Shown here in pieces: positions 30,343-42,529 of a stretch of DNA of 64,000 nt (positions are counted from its first letter, which is position 1; the number at the start of each line of letters is the position of its first letter). A model generated the notes under the pieces. It worked only from the letters and a program-made list of their open reading frames with translations, did no database searches and was not told where the DNA came from. Both the position numbers and the translations under genes were made by a program. The stretch spans positions 3,104,001 through 3,168,000 of the forward strand of contig OY969724.1 in the NCBI GenBank assembly GCA_963702205.1, written 5' to 3'. The stretch comes from an uncultured candidate division Zixibacteria bacterium (GTDB lineage Bacteria; Zixibacteria; MSB-5A5; GN15; PGXB01).

Positions 30343-32022
30343 CTACGAAAGCCCATTATCGCCGAGGCTGAGCATGCGCTCGATTTCCCCCGCCTTATCT
30401 TTGTCATCCAGTTTCCTGACCGAGATGACCCGCCGCCGTGATTTGCCGTCGGAGGCGATCTTTTCGACCGCGAAATGATGGTCCGCCAAGGCTGCGATCT
30501 GGTGCAAATGAGTGATGACCAGCAATTGATTATCCCGACCGAGAGAATTGAGCTTTTCTCCGACCGAGCGGGCGGTGTGGCCACCGATACCCGAGTCGAT
30601 TTCGTCGAAGACCAGAAGCGGCTGGCTTTCTTTGCGGCGGGCCTGTTCGGCAGTTTTGAGCGCCAGCATAACGCGCGAAATCTCGCCCCCGGAGGCCGTC
30701 GACGACAGCGGTTTGAGCGGCTCGCCGGGATTGGCCGAAAACATGAAGCGGATGTCTTCCAATCCGGTCGGTTCGGCTTTCAGATGACGACCGCCATATT
30801 CGATACCGTCGGGGTCGTCGGTTACCATGAACTCGCATTCGAACCCGGCGTCGCCGACCGCAAGATCGGCCAGTTCTTTTTTAACCATTTTTGACAGCAT
30901 TGCCGCCGCCTTGAGTCGCTTTTCTGAGATTGCTGCAGCTTTCTGAGAGTAATCTTTTTTATGGCCCTCAGACTGCTTGCGAAGCTGAATTATATCCTGA
31001 TCGATATTGTCAATTCTGCCCAGTTCGGCAGTTATCTCATCGAGCGACCGTAGTATGCCTTCCTCGGAACCGCCGTATTTTTTCTTGAGTCGGTAGATTT
31101 CGTCGAGCCGAAGATTGATTTCTTCGAGTCGGACGGGATCATCGGGTATCGACGACATATACGCTTCAAGTTTAGAGCGAAGTTCTTCGAGGTTGACCGT
31201 AGCATTGTCCAGCATCTCGCCCAGCGGCCGGAGATTTTTGTCGACCGGCAGTATATGCCCCATTTCCCTGGTGCAAACGCTCAACCCGGATAATACAGCG
31301 TTGTCATCGCCGTCGAGGACGATTAAAATCGAAGCGCATTTCTGACCGAGGAGAGCAGCCGAGTCGAGAATTTTGCGCTCGGCCAGAAGCTCCTCTTCTT
31401 CTCCGACCCGTATGCGGGCCTTTTCGATTTCCTGTTTCTGGAACTGCATCAGTTCGCGGCTTTTCTCGCTCTCGGTTTTGCGGAGGATAGCTGCTTTCAA
31501 TCTCTGCTCGGCGTTTTGCCAGTCGGAAAAGACTGCGGTCAACTCTTCGACCGACGGCAGCAGCCCGGCAAAAGAATCCAGAAACGACAGGTGGTTTTTC
31601 TCGTCGATCAATTGCTGATGCGAATGTTGACCGTACAGTTGCGCCAGATGATCGGTTATGTCTTTGAGCAGCTTGGCCGTGATTTGCTGGTCGTTGATAA
31701 AGACCCGGGTGGCTCTATCACCGGCGAACATTTCTTTTCTGATTAACAAAGTGCAGTTCTCACAATCGAGGCCGTTGTCTTTGAGCAAACCGACGATTTT
31801 CTTCGATTTGGTTATATCGAACTCGGCTTCGACGACGGCCGTTTTTTCGCCGGAGCGGATATCATCGCGGTCGGCGCGTTCACCCAGAACCTGTGCCAGG
31901 GCGCCGATAATCACCGACTTGCCCGCTCCCGTCTCACCGGTGAGGACGTTCATCCCCGGAGCGAATTCGATCGCCAGTTCGCGCACGAGGGCGAAATTCT
32001 TTATATAGAGACGCCGCAGCAT
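30343..32022 (-). CDS. recN: DNA repair protein RecN
   Basis: TGETGAGKS, ASGGEISR, FDEIDSG, ITHLHQIA. Confidence 0.97.
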   Translation of the reverse strand: MLRRLYIKNFALVRELAIEFAPGMNVLTGETGAGKSVIIGALAQVLGERADRDDIRSGEKTAVVEAEFDITKSKKIVGLLKDNGLDCENCTLLIRKEMFAGDRATRVFINDQQITAKLLKDITDHLAQLYGQHSHQQLIDEKNHLSFLDSFAGLLPSVEELTAVFSDWQNAEQRLKAAILRKTESEKSRELMQFQKQEIEKARIRVGEEEELLAERKILDSAALLGQKCASILIVLDGDDNAVLSGLSVCTREMGHILPVDKNLRPLGEMLDNATVNLEELRSKLEAYMSSIPDDPVRLEEINLRLDEIYRLKKKYGGSEEGILRSLDEITAELGRIDNIDQDIIQLRKQSEGHKKDYSQKAAAISEKRLKAAAMLSKMVKKELADLAVGDAGFECEFMVTDDPDGIEYGGRHLKAEPTGLEDIRFMFSANPGEPLKPLSSTASGGEISRVMLALKTAEQARRKESQPLLVFDEIDSGIGGHTARSVGEKLNSLGRDNQLLVITHLHQIAALADHHFAVEKIASDGKSRRRVISVRKLDDKDKAGEIERMLSLGDNGLS

Positions 32023-32028
32023 TAAATC

Positions 32029-33769
32029 TTACTGCTCCCGCCTTTTAATCAGGTCCATAATTTCGTTTTGCAGCTTTTCGGCCGTTTTCGAATCGCCTTT
32101 GCTCTCGGCGTCCTTGAGCTGACCCTTGAGCGTATCGATTATCCGTTCGCGTTTTAGGTCTTGTATCTTTCTCACCAGGCCCCGGACAGTCGACGGTACA
32201 TTGTACCCCGACCAGTCGATCGCGGCCAGCGCGGTAATATCAGCCAGCAGAGACTGATCTGCGATTTGATTGACGAGTCCCGACTCGGTGAATTCTCCGG
32301 ATTTTTTGAAAACGTCGATGATGCTCTCGTAAATCGCCCGGTGCGCCGGAATGTGGAAATCCTCGGGGGTCAGCTTTTCCATAACCTTCGCGATTTCCTC
32401 CGGGTTGCAGATCATTAGTGACAGCAGGTCGCGTTCATTGATTTCTATTTTGCGCGGCGGCTCGACGGCCGTCGATCCCGATGATGCATCTCCCTTTTCA
32501 TTCATGATATTATAAAACTGCCGGGGCGGAATTTTCATTCGTTCCGCGGCGTCGAGGATCATAACATCGCGGCGGGTCGTATCGCCCACCTTTTTAAACA
32601 GCGCCACGAATTCTTTGATCAGTTTTTCCCGCGCAATAATTCCGGCCGATTCGAGGTCAGCCCGGCGGATGCGATATTGTATAAAACTTTCGGCTTCGGA
32701 GTGGACTTTCTCGATCGCGTCCGCGCCGCCTTTGACCGCCAGTGAATCGGGGTCATCGCCCTCCGGACCGGATATTACTTTGACTTCCAGCCCGGCGTCG
32801 TACAGCGCATCGACCGAGCGCAAAGCCGCCATCTGTCCGGCGGAGTCGCTGTCAAAAAACAGAAAAGCCGTATCGGCAAAATGCGACAGCAGCCGCGCCT
32901 GTGTCAGAGTGAAAGCCGTCCCCGACGAGGCCACGACGTTTTTTATGCCAACCTGATACAGCGAAATCAGGTCGAAATATCCCTCAACGATGATGACTTC
33001 GTTTTTTTCGCGGATAAACTGCCGAGAAAAGTTTAGGCCGTACAATATGCTGCTTTTATGGTACAATGCCGTCTCCGGGCTGTTGACGTATTTTGCGACC
33101 TCGCCCTTTTTTAGGGCCCGACCGCCGAAGGCGACGGCTTTCCCGCTCTGGTTGAAAATCGGAATCATCAGTCTCTGACGAAAACGGTCGAAATAAGAAT
33201 CGCGTTTTTCGGAGCGGATCACCAGCCCGGCCCGCTCCAGATCTTTGTCGAACAGGTCTTTCCTGAGGGTGGTACTTAAGAAATCCGTCCCAGCTTTCAC
33301 CGGCCAGACCCAGGCCAAAAAACTCGATAGATTCTTCAGTCAGGTGACGGTTCTCAAGCAGGTATTTCATCATCTTATCGCGATACTGATCGGACTTGAG
33401 CAGTTTCTGATAGTACTCCAGCGCCACCGTGTGCGCATAGTACAACCGGTCGAGCTCGTCTTTGGATGAATCGCTCCGGGTTTCTTCTATTCTGATGCCG
33501 GCCTTATCGGCGAGAAAACGGACGGCTTCGATGAAAGTCATGTTTTCGTGTTCCATCAGGAACGTGAAGACGTTTCCGCCGGCGTCGCAGCCGAAGCATT
33601 TGTATATCTGCTTGTCGGCCGAAATCGAAAACGACGGCGTCTTCTCGAGGTGAAACGGGCAAACCGCGAAATAATTGCGCCCGCGCTTTTTGAGCCGGAG
33701 GTACTGACTTAGAAGCTCGACGATGTCGGTCGCCTCGCGGACGCGGTCTATGGTATCCTGCGGAATCAC
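32029..33769 (-). CDS. dnaG: DNA primase; frameshift at ~33271
   Basis: CPFH..KCFGC zinc finger, DRFRQR, KYVNSPET, VEGYFD, FDSDSAG; removing one C after GTAC restores 579 aa. Confidence 0.95.
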
Positions 33770-33772
33770 GAC

Positions 33773-36129
33773 TTAATCTTTCAGTTTGACGATGGTCACC
33801 CCGGCGCCGCCTTCGTTCCAGTTGCCGAGACGGATATCGGCGACGGCCGGATGGGCTTTCAAAAATTCGGCCATTTTCTTTCGCAAAACCCCGGTCCCCT
33901 TGCCGTGGACGACGTACACCTGCGACAGCCCGGTCAGTATGGCCGTGTCGAGAAATTTATCGAGCGCTTCCGAGGCTTCATCGGCGGTCATACCTCTCAA
34001 GCTGATCTCCGGACCGGTTCGCTCGAAATCCGCGGACGGTTCCGCGTTTCCTGTGGCTGTATTATCCTTCACGGGACTTTTGGCGCTGGCAACGTCGGTG
34101 CTGTCCACGGTGAACATCATATTGGCGATGCGCACTTTGGCATGTTTGTCGCCGAGTTCGATCAGTTCGCCTTCTTTCCTGAGCGATTCGATCCAGACCA
34201 TATCGCCGGCGTTTAGTTTTCCCGACTCGACCGGAGGAGTGTACTTCTTCTTGAGATGTTCCTGCTTGTTGGCGGTTGACTGCAGAAATTTGTGGGCCTG
34301 TTTGACGGAATCTTTCGAGGCATTGGTCTCCCGTATACGTTTCACCAGCCGTTCGATTTCGAGGCGGCTTTCGGCGAGCACGTTTTCGAGCTCCTGCAGA
34401 TGTTCGTTTTTACTCTGCTCCATCTCGCGGGAGAGCTTTTCGCTCTGGCTTTTATAGAAGTCCTCGAGCTGGGCCGTATGTTTGAGCTTGTCCTGCAGAG
34501 CGGCCTTGTCTTTTCTGAGCGCCGCCAGTTCGGATTCGAGCGATTCGATGAGCCCGGTCAGCGAGCGCTCGGTCTTGCCGAGAAGCTTCGAGGCGTTGTG
34601 AGTAATTTCTTTATTCATGCCGAGCCGTTCGGCAATCTCGACGGCGTACGACGCCCCCGGTATACCGATTTGCAGGCGAAAAATCGGCTGAAGAGTCTTA
34701 CGGTCGAATTCGAAGCTGGCGTTCTCAAGTTCGGGATGCTCCATCGGGAGCGTCTTCAATTGTGAGTAATGTGTCGTCGCGATTATCCTGGCTTTGTTTT
34801 TCACCAGCTTTAAGAGGATTGCCTCCGCCAGCGCCGCACCCTCCTTGGGATCGGTCCCGGCGCCGATTTCGTCGAGCAGCACCAGCGCCTCCGAATGGGC
34901 GTTTTCGACGGCATAGGCTATCTGCCGGACGTGCGAAGAAAACGTCGACAGCGACAGCTCGATTGACTGCTCGTCGCCGATATCGGCCAGGACGTTGTGA
35001 AAAACGCCGACCTCGCTTTTTTCGTCGATCGGCACGTGCAAGCCCGATTGCACCATAAGTACAAGCAGCCCGACCGTCTTCAGGGCCACCGTCTTGCCGC
35101 CGGTGTTGGGGCCGGTGATAATAAGACCGAGCCGACCCTTGTCGAGCGCCAGATCGTTGCCGACCACGGTGTCTTTCTCTTTCGTATAGTACATCAAAAG
35201 CGGATGACGGCTGTTAATCAAATCAAGTCGACTGGTTCCTTTGATCTGCGGCGGCGCCCCGTCGATCTTGATCGAAAAATTGGCCGAGGCATGGATCAAA
35301 TCGAGAATACCGATCAGGCGGGTATTGGACAAAAGCCCATGGTGTTCCTCCCCCACCTGCGCCGTCAGGGCCCGCAGGATGCGGTCTATCTCCAGCCGCT
35401 CGTTGCGCAGCTCCGATCCCAGCCCGTTGTTCAGCTCTACCGTTTCGTTGGGCTCGACATACATGGTCGCCCCCGACTGCGAGCGGTCGTGCACTATTCC
35501 CGCATCCGGCCGAAATTGCCCGGACAGCACGGGAATGACATAACGCCCGTCTCTCATCGTAATCATATCGTCCTGCCAGCCGGGAGTCTTCTGACGCGCC
35601 GACAAAATGCGGTCGAGCCTGGCGACGATTTTTCTCTTTATATTGGAAATTTCCCCTCGAATCGCCCTGAGCTTTTGCGACGCCGAATCTTTTATCTCAC
35701 CGTCGTTGTCGATGGTCCGCCCGATTGTCTCACTTAACTCAAATAGAGGGTGCAGGTCTTTCAGATATTCCGCGATCAACGGGAATTTATGACGATCATC
35801 GGGTGCATAGCGGTGCAAGGCATTGCAGACGTCGATTAGTTCTTTCACCAACAGCAGGTCGGCCGGTTCGATAAAAATTCCGACCGTTTTCGAGCGGCTG
35901 ATTATGCCGGTTATATCGTCCAGACGATACAGCGGCAGGGCCGGGCGAAATTGTACTATATCCCGCATTTGGGAGACTTCGGCCAGGCGAGTGGTGATGG
36001 CTCCGGAATCGGTAAGCGGCGCCATACGGTCGACCATTTCCATCCCGTAACGGGTCAGACACAGTCCGTGCAGGATTTCCAGAATCCTGGGTACTCCAGG
36101 ACACCCATTGAATGTTCATCAAAGTTCAA
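33773..36129 (-). CDS. mutS2: Endonuclease MutS2; frameshift near the 5' end (~36090)
   Basis: TGPNTGGKT, DIGDEQSI, GTDP, Smr HGKGTG; N-terminal ..VLEY(P)RILE.. lies in another frame. Confidence 0.95.
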
Positions 36130-36150
36130 GGCCACACTCCGTAAAATAAA

Positions 36151-36173
36151 AAGCCCCGATTCAATCGGGGCTT
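36151..36173. terminator. Terminator-like hairpin
   Basis: AAGCCCCGAT-TCA-ATCGGGGCTT. Confidence 0.65.
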
Positions 36174-36215
36174 AATATAAGCATTGATTTCGCAAGAATA
36201 AATATCTTTATCAGT

Positions 36216-36857
36216 TTATATCTGTCCGGCTCCGGTCCCGAAATAGCGGTCAATCTGGTAAATCACGTGGTAGACCTGTTCACGGTCCTCGCTGAAATCG
36301 AAATTGGGTGTATTGGATTCGCTCGACGGCCTCAGCAGCAGAGTATGTTCGACCTTGTCCATGAAATTGCCGTTCTTGGGGTGCAGAGTGGCCGAGGATT
36401 CATACAACAGCGGCAGGGTCTTGGCGAAAGTCGGTCCCAGGAAAGATTGGCCGAAATCATCGTAAAACTTGTCCGGCATCGGCAACAGGAAGACAATAAA
36501 GGTCACGAAGCTGATTATCACCCAGCCGCGCAATGCCCCGACCAGTGCGCCGCCCAGCTGGTCTTTCTTGCCCAGCTTCTGGAGATGGGCGAACTTATAA
36601 AACATTATTCCGAGTAATTTAAAGACGGCATAAACAACCGCCAATAGTACAACGAAAGAAATTATGGCCGTCACCAACGGCGACCCGCCCAGTGTCTCGT
36701 AAATTTTGACTGCGATAATATCGATATAATTGACGGAAACGATAACGGTAGCGGTCAGGACGGCCAGAGCCATCAATTCTCTGATCAGTCCTTTTTTAGA
36801 ACCGATAATAATGGCCGCCACCAGAAGGATCAAAAGGATAATGTCGATCCAGTTCAT
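36216..36857 (-). CDS. cvpA: CvpA family membrane protein
   Basis: MNWIDII..GSKKGLIREL, DQLGGALVGALRG. Confidence 0.88.
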   Translation of the reverse strand: MNWIDIILLILLVAAIIIGSKKGLIRELMALAVLTATVIVSVNYIDIIAVKIYETLGGSPLVTAIISFVVLLAVVYAVFKLLGIMFYKFAHLQKLGKKDQLGGALVGALRGWVIISFVTFIVFLLPMPDKFYDDFGQSFLGPTFAKTLPLLYESSATLHPKNGNFMDKVEHTLLLRPSSESNTPNFDFSEDREQVYHVIYQIDRYFGTGAGQI

Positions 36858-36897
36858 TTCACTACTCCCTGTATGGCGTCAAATCCTTAATGAAGAG

Positions 36898-37353
36898 CTA
36901 CCGGTCGGCGTCCGAGAGCATCTGTCTGACAAGCTGACTGACCAGCTTGCCATCGGCCTGACCTTTCAGCCGGGGCATTAGGTCTTTCATCACCGCTCCC
37001 ATCTGCGCCGGTGACGACGCCCCCGTTGCTTCCAGCGAGGCCTGGATGTGCTCTCTGATTTTATCTTCGGAAAGCTGTTCCGGAAGATACCCCTCAATAA
37101 GTTCCAGTTCTCTGGATTCCTTATCGACCAGATCGTCGCGTCCGCCTTTTTTGAACTGCTCGATCGAATCGCGACGGCGCTTGGCGGCGCTCTGCAAAGT
37201 CGCGAGAATATCTTCATCGGTCAAATCCCGACCGAGATCGATCTGGCGATATTGAATATCAGATTTAAGGCCCCGAAGAACGGTCGCTTTAAGCTTATCC
37301 CCCGCCTTCAGGGCCGATTTTAGTTCTTCATCTATTTTAGGTAAAATAGACAC
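36898..37353 (-). CDS. yqeY: GatB/YqeY domain protein
   Basis: KRRRDSIEQF..GR.DL, YLPEQLSE, GQADGK. Confidence 0.92.
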   Translation of the reverse strand: MSILPKIDEELKSALKAGDKLKATVLRGLKSDIQYRQIDLGRDLTDEDILATLQSAAKRRRDSIEQFKKGGRDDLVDKESRELELIEGYLPEQLSEDKIREHIQASLEATGASSPAQMGAVMKDLMPRLKGQADGKLVSQLVRQMLSDADR

Positions 37354-37360
37354 AACAAGT

Positions 37361-37555
37361 CTATCCTTCTGCCTGGTGCAGCTTACGCATCTTGCGCCGT
37401 GCGGCATTCAATTTGCGCTTGCGGCGTTCAGACGGCTTCTCGAAATGCTGATGCTTCTTTATGTCCGACAGTATTCCTGTCTTTTCACAAAATTTGTTGA
37501 AGCGGCGCAGGGCTTTCTCGAAGGATTCGTCGTCGCGAACCCTTACGCCTGTCAT
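37361..37555 (-). CDS. rpsU: 30S ribosomal protein bS21
   Basis: ESFEKALRRF, FEKPSERRKRK. Confidence 0.95.
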   Translation of the reverse strand: MTGVRVRDDESFEKALRRFNKFCEKTGILSDIKKHQHFEKPSERRKRKLNAARRKMRKLHQAEG

Positions 37556-37766
37556 AGACACCCCTCCTTTCATGCAATATTTTGTCAATTAACAATTTAG
37601 CAATGTAAAATAACAATTATAAATTCGCTGTCAACACATTAATTTCAGGAATATTTCCGAGTTTGGTCCAATTTCCCGAAAATCCTCCAATATTTCGCGA
37701 CCCAACTTATTCAGATTCAGCCCGATTTGTCGATAATTATTATAACCTTAAGAGAAAGAACACGTT

Positions 37767-38657
37767 ATGTTAGCAGTAGCCGGCCTTATATTTGTCTTTG
37801 TATGCGTCATGGGCGGCTTTCTTCTGGCCAAAGGGAATCCAATGGTTCTCCTTCAGCCTGCCGAATTTGTCATCATCGGCGGGGCCGCTCTGGGCTCGAT
37901 GTTTGTCATGGCGCCGCCGAAAGTTGTCAAGGCTATTTTAGGCCGTCTGCCTAAAATCATGAGTTCCGGCCCGAGCAAACAGTCCTATATCGAGCTGTTG
38001 GCAATGATGTACGAGCTTTTCAATGTGGCTCGCAAGGACGGTCTGGTCGGTTTGGAATCGCACATCGAAGAACCTGAAAAAAGCTCGGTCCTGACGAAGT
38101 ACCAGTATTTCCTGAAAAACCATCACGCCGTTGACTTTCTGGCCGATACGATGCGACTGATTATTATGGGCGGTATTCCCGAACACGATCTTGAGTCGAT
38201 GCTCGACAAGGATATCGAAACCCATGAAATCGAAGAGGAACACGCGGCCACGACCCTTCAGACGATCGGTGACGCTCTCCCCGGTCTTGGTATCGTCGCG
38301 GCCGTACTTGGGGTGGTTATCACAATGGCCTCCATCGGCGGCTCGGTCGAAGAGGTCGGTGAGCACGTGGCGGCGGCCCTGGTCGGCACGTTTCTCGGTA
38401 TTCTCATGTCGTACGGTGCAGTGCAGCCTCTGGCGAGCAACCTGCATCATCAGATCGCCGCCGAAAGTCAGTACTACATCGTCCTGAAGCAAGCCCTGCT
38501 GGCGTTTCATAAAGGATTCACCGCTCAAATAGCGGTCGAGTTTGCCCGACGCGTAATTTCACACGACGTGCGTCCGGGCTTTACCGAAGTCGAAGAAGCC
38601 TGCCGCGCAGCCAAAGCCGGTAAGCTGCCCCAACAGCAGGAAGCGGTCGCCGCCTGA
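37767..38657 (+). CDS. motA: Stator protein MotA
   Basis: QPAEFVIIGG, LPGLGIVAAVLG, AALVGTFLGI, AVEFARR. Confidence 0.95.
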   Translation: MLAVAGLIFVFVCVMGGFLLAKGNPMVLLQPAEFVIIGGAALGSMFVMAPPKVVKAILGRLPKIMSSGPSKQSYIELLAMMYELFNVARKDGLVGLESHIEEPEKSSVLTKYQYFLKNHHAVDFLADTMRLIIMGGIPEHDLESMLDKDIETHEIEEEHAATTLQTIGDALPGLGIVAAVLGVVITMASIGGSVEEVGEHVAAALVGTFLGILMSYGAVQPLASNLHHQIAAESQYYIVLKQALLAFHKGFTAQIAVEFARRVISHDVRPGFTEVEEACRAAKAGKLPQQQEAVAA

Positions 38658-38658
38658 T

Positions 38659-39486
38659 ATGGAAGATAATGAAGAAAAGCAAGCGGCACCGATCATTGTC
38701 GTCAAGAAAAAGAGCGGTCACGGAGGTCATCACGGAGGCGCCTGGAAAGTCGCGTACGCCGACTTTGTCACGGCCATGATGGCTTTCTTTTTGGTTATGT
38801 GGATTATGTCCCAGTCCGATGCCGTCAAAAAGGCGGTGCAGGGGTATTTCCGCGATCCGGTCAGTTTCATGAATAAAGCCGGCCGGGGCGTTCTTGAAGG
38901 CGGCACTTCGCCGCTTAACACCCGCATCCGCAAGAGCGAGGAAGGCGGCAAGATGGGCCAGACATTAGAGCGCCTGAGCGAAGCCGGGAAAAAAATTCGC
39001 GAGGCTCTCGATAAGATTCCCGAAATCGCCAAGCTTAAGGATTTTATACAGATAGAAATTATCCCCGAGGGATTGAGAATTGAACTGGTAGAAGTCTCCA
39101 CCAACCCCGATTCGAGCAATTTCTTCGGTCTGGGAAGCGCCAGGCTTAAACCAACCACACAGTTGATTTTGAAAGCTATCGCCGGGGAGCTGGGAAACCT
39201 TTCCAATGATATCATAGTCGAGGGCCACACCGACAAAACCCCCTACTCCGAACGAAATCAGTATTCCAACTGGGAGCTTTCAGCCGACCGAGCCAACAGC
39301 GCCCGCCGCTATATGGAAAATGACGGCTTGCGCAACGGCCAAATTGTCGAAATCCGTGGATACGCCGACAAACATCTCAAGGTTCCCGACAAACCGTATG
39401 ATCCACGCAACCGACGGATCGCCATTATTGTCCTCAACGAAGGTTATCAGGAAAGTTTCCGCTCGCTGGCCGATGACGGTATGTAA
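38659..39486 (+). CDS. motB: Stator protein MotB
   Basis: [34 protein letters not shown]. Confidence 0.95.
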   Translation: MEDNEEKQAAPIIVVKKKSGHGGHHGGAWKVAYADFVTAMMAFFLVMWIMSQSDAVKKAVQGYFRDPVSFMNKAGRGVLEGGTSPLNTRIRKSEEGGKMGQTLERLSEAGKKIREALDKIPEIAKLKDFIQIEIIPEGLRIELVEVSTNPDSSNFFGLGSARLKPTTQLILKAIAGELGNLSNDIIVEGHTDKTPYSERNQYSNWELSADRANSARRYMENDGLRNGQIVEIRGYADKHLKVPDKPYDPRNRRIAIIVLNEGYQESFRSLADDGM

Positions 39487-39602
39487 AAGCTCTTTTTTTC
39501 AGATCAACCGAACATCTCCAAATTAAGCCCCGAATCCTCTTGCGATTATTGCCTTCAAGCGTTAAAATTAGGCAAAAGCAATTAAAGATCGAGGAGGTAA
39601 TT

Positions 39603-40352
39603 ATGTCCGGCCATTCAAAATGGGCGACAATTAAGCGTAAGAAAGGCAAAGCTGACGCCGAGCGCGGCAGGATGTTCACCCGTTTCATCAAAGAAATTAC
39701 GGTGGCAGCGCGCGCCGGTGGCGGAGACCCCGATGCCAACCCCAGACTGCGGACAGCCATTGCAACGGCCAAAGGCGCCAATATGCCGCAGGACAATATC
39801 AAGCGGGCCATCCAAAAGGGTACCGGCGAGCTGCCTGGGGTATCGTACGAAGAAGCCAGCTACGAAGGTTACGGTCCGGCCGGGGTGGCGGTCTACCTGA
39901 TGACGCTGACCGACAATAAAAAACGTACCGTTTCGGAAATAAGGCATCTGTTCACGAGGTTCGGCGGGAACCTCGGTGAAAACGGTTGTGTCGCGTGGAT
40001 GTTCGACAGTATGGGCATCATCACTGTCGAGACGTCGGTCGTCGACGAAGATACGCTCATGGAAATAGCTATCGAAGCCGGAGCGTCAGATATGATTAAT
40101 GCCGGCGACGTTTATGAGATCACGACGCCGCCGAGCGACCTCGAAAATGTGCGGCAGGCACTTGAAAATAAATCGATTCCGATCACATCGGCCGAGACGA
40201 CCATGATTCCGCAGAATACTATCTCTCTCAATGAAAAACAGGCCGAGACGATGCTCAAGCTGTATGAAGCTCTCGAAGAACACGACGACGTCCAGAACGT
40301 ATATAGTAATTTCGATATCGCCGACGACATCATGGAAAAACTGGCCGGGTGA
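39603..40352 (+). CDS. yebC: YebC/PmpR family protein
   Basis: [22 protein letters not shown]. Confidence 0.97.
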   Translation: MSGHSKWATIKRKKGKADAERGRMFTRFIKEITVAARAGGGDPDANPRLRTAIATAKGANMPQDNIKRAIQKGTGELPGVSYEEASYEGYGPAGVAVYLMTLTDNKKRTVSEIRHLFTRFGGNLGENGCVAWMFDSMGIITVETSVVDEDTLMEIAIEAGASDMINAGDVYEITTPPSDLENVRQALENKSIPITSAETTMIPQNTISLNEKQAETMLKLYEALEEHDDVQNVYSNFDIADDIMEKLAG

Positions 40353-40843
40353 CCGCCATGGCCGTGACCATTGTCGGCATCGATCCGGGCCTGCACATCA
40401 CGGGTTATGGCGTCATTAAATCGAGCGGCAGCCAGATAAAAATCCTCGAGGCCGGAGTCATAAAGATTCCGGCCCGCGAAGAATTTCCGGGCAAACTCAA
40501 AGAGATTTACAACGAGATGGGCAATATCCTCGACCAGTTCAAACCGGATTATATGGCGGTCGAAGAACTGTACTCCCATTACGCCCACCCCAGGACGGCC
40601 ATAATTATGGGTCACGCGCGCGGGACGATTTTTATCCGGGCCGCTCTGAATAATATTCCGATAGTTTCCTACGCCTCGACCCGCATAAAAAAGTCATTGA
40701 CCGGGAACGGCCGAGCGACTAAGATGCAGATGCAGAGGATGATTAAATCGACTTTGAAACTGACCGATGACGTCTATTCGGCGGATACGGCCGATGCCCT
40801 GGCGGCGGCGCTCTGTCATCACAACGCCTTGATTGGAAAATGA
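40349..40843 (+). CDS. ruvC: Holliday junction resolvase
   Basis: [26 protein letters not shown]. Confidence 0.95.
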   Translation: MTAMAVTIVGIDPGLHITGYGVIKSSGSQIKILEAGVIKIPAREEFPGKLKEIYNEMGNILDQFKPDYMAVEELYSHYAHPRTAIIMGHARGTIFIRAALNNIPIVSYASTRIKKSLTGNGRATKMQMQRMIKSTLKLTDDVYSADTADALAAALCHHNALIGK

Positions 40844-41493
40844 TTTCACAGATTGAAGGGAAAATCGCCAAGCTGACCGAAGAGTCGGTAATAATCAATC
40901 TCGGCGGATTGTACCACGAATTGATGATACCTTCGGGATTATATAATACCCTGCGCGATGCCAAAGCCGAGGGCCGCGAGGTGATGCTTCACACGATTGA
41001 TTATATCGAAGCCGGTGACCGCAAGAGCAATCATTTTCCCAAGCTGATCGGCTTCACCGACGCTCTCGATAAGGAATTTTTCCTGCTGTTCACGACGGTC
41101 TCGGGCATGGGTTTCAAAAAGGGCCTGAAATCACTGACTCTGCCCGTCCGGGACATCGCTACGGCCATCGAGACCAAAGACGCCGGGACCCTGTCACGCC
41201 TGCCGGGAATCGGCAATCGTCTGGCCGACAAGGTCATCGCCGAACTCAATGGCAAAATGGCCCGATTTGCGTTGTCCAAGACCGAGCAGCCTTTGACTGT
41301 CATACGCAAGGAGCAGGCCGACCTCATGAATGAAGCGGTCGAAGTCCTGGTGCAGCTGCAGTACAAGGCGTCCGAAGCCGAAAAGATGGTTTTGCGGGCG
41401 CTCGAATCGAATCCCAAAATCGATTCGACCGAGAAACTTATAGCGATCATTTTTCGGCAGGAAGCCGGAGCCGATAAGGCCGAAGTACGATGA
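40840..41493 (+). CDS. ruvA: Holliday junction branch migration protein RuvA
   Basis: VSGMG, LPGIG HhH motifs; gene order. Confidence 0.92.
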   Translation: MISQIEGKIAKLTEESVIINLGGLYHELMIPSGLYNTLRDAKAEGREVMLHTIDYIEAGDRKSNHFPKLIGFTDALDKEFFLLFTTVSGMGFKKGLKSLTLPVRDIATAIETKDAGTLSRLPGIGNRLADKVIAELNGKMARFALSKTEQPLTVIRKEQADLMNEAVEVLVQLQYKASEAEKMVLRALESNPKIDSTEKLIAIIFRQEAGADKAEVR

Positions 41494-42515
41494 GCCGCGA
41501 AAGAATCATAACCGGCGAAGTCATGACGCCCGAGGAAGAATCTTTTATTCTTTCGCTGCGGCCTAAATTTCTTAATGAGTACATCGGGCAAATAGAATTA
41601 AAAGACAAACTGCACGTGTCGATCGAAGCCGCCAAAAAACGCGGCGAACCGTGCGAGCACGTGCTTTTCTATGGTCCTCCCGGGTTAGGCAAAACAACGC
41701 TGGCCAATATTATTGCCAATGAGATGGGCACACGACTGGTGTCGACGTCGGGTCCGGCCCTGTCGCGCACCGGAGATTTAATGGGCATCCTGACCAACCT
41801 GACCGAGGGCGATATACTATTCATCGACGAAATCCACCGCCTCTCCCCGGCTATCGAGGAGTTTATTTATCCGGCGATGGAGGATTTCAAAGTCGATTTC
41901 GTGGTGGATAAAGGCGCGTTTGCCAAAGTCATTAATATTCCGCTGAAACGATTCACCCTGATCGGCGCCACCACGCGGGCGGGGTTGTTGTCGCCGCCGC
42001 TGCGCGACCGGTTCGGGTTGTACTATCATATCGACTTCTACGATAAAAAGGAACTGGCGGAAATTATAGTGCGTTCGGCTGGATTGCTGGAAGTTAAAGT
42101 CACGACCGAGGCCGCGCATGAAATCGCCCGACGTTCGCGCGGGACGCCCCGCATCGCCAATCGACTGCTGCGACGGGTGCGCGATTATGTAACGGTCAGG
42201 GCCGACGGTGAAATAGATATCGACCTGGCCCGCACGGCTCTGGATAAAGAGGGTATCGACAATATCGGTCTCGATGCGCTCGACCGCAAATTGCTGCAGG
42301 TAATCATCGAATTTTACAAAGGCGGGCCGGTCGGAATCGAGGCATTGGGTGCGACGCTCAACGAAGAGATCGATACGCTGGTCGACATGGTGGAACCGTA
42401 CCTATTAAAAATCGGCTTTTTGCAGCGGACCAAACGCGGCCGTATGATTTCCAAAGAAGCCGCCGAGCATCTTGGTTTCGAGCTTGATCAAAGCAATCAG
42501 CAGAGCCTGTTTTAA
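41490..42515 (+). CDS. ruvB: Holliday junction helicase RuvB
   Basis: GPPGLGKTT, FIDEIHR, GATTRAG, RGTPRIANRL. Confidence 0.98.
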   Translation: MSRERIITGEVMTPEEESFILSLRPKFLNEYIGQIELKDKLHVSIEAAKKRGEPCEHVLFYGPPGLGKTTLANIIANEMGTRLVSTSGPALSRTGDLMGILTNLTEGDILFIDEIHRLSPAIEEFIYPAMEDFKVDFVVDKGAFAKVINIPLKRFTLIGATTRAGLLSPPLRDRFGLYYHIDFYDKKELAEIIVRSAGLLEVKVTTEAAHEIARRSRGTPRIANRLLRRVRDYVTVRADGEIDIDLARTALDKEGIDNIGLDALDRKLLQVIIEFYKGGPVGIEALGATLNEEIDTLVDMVEPYLLKIGFLQRTKRGRMISKEAAEHLGFELDQSNQQSLF

Positions 42516-42529
42516 ATTATCATAAAGAC

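Noticed and set aside
32029..36129. dnaG and mutS2 as pseudogenes or programmed frameshifts
   Set aside because: No slippery sequence, essential primase, and the shared GTAC context points to sequencing error
37767..39486. Zorya ZorAB defence system
   Set aside because: MotA has no long ZorA tail, motifs are canonical MotA/MotB, and no zorC/D/E genes are present
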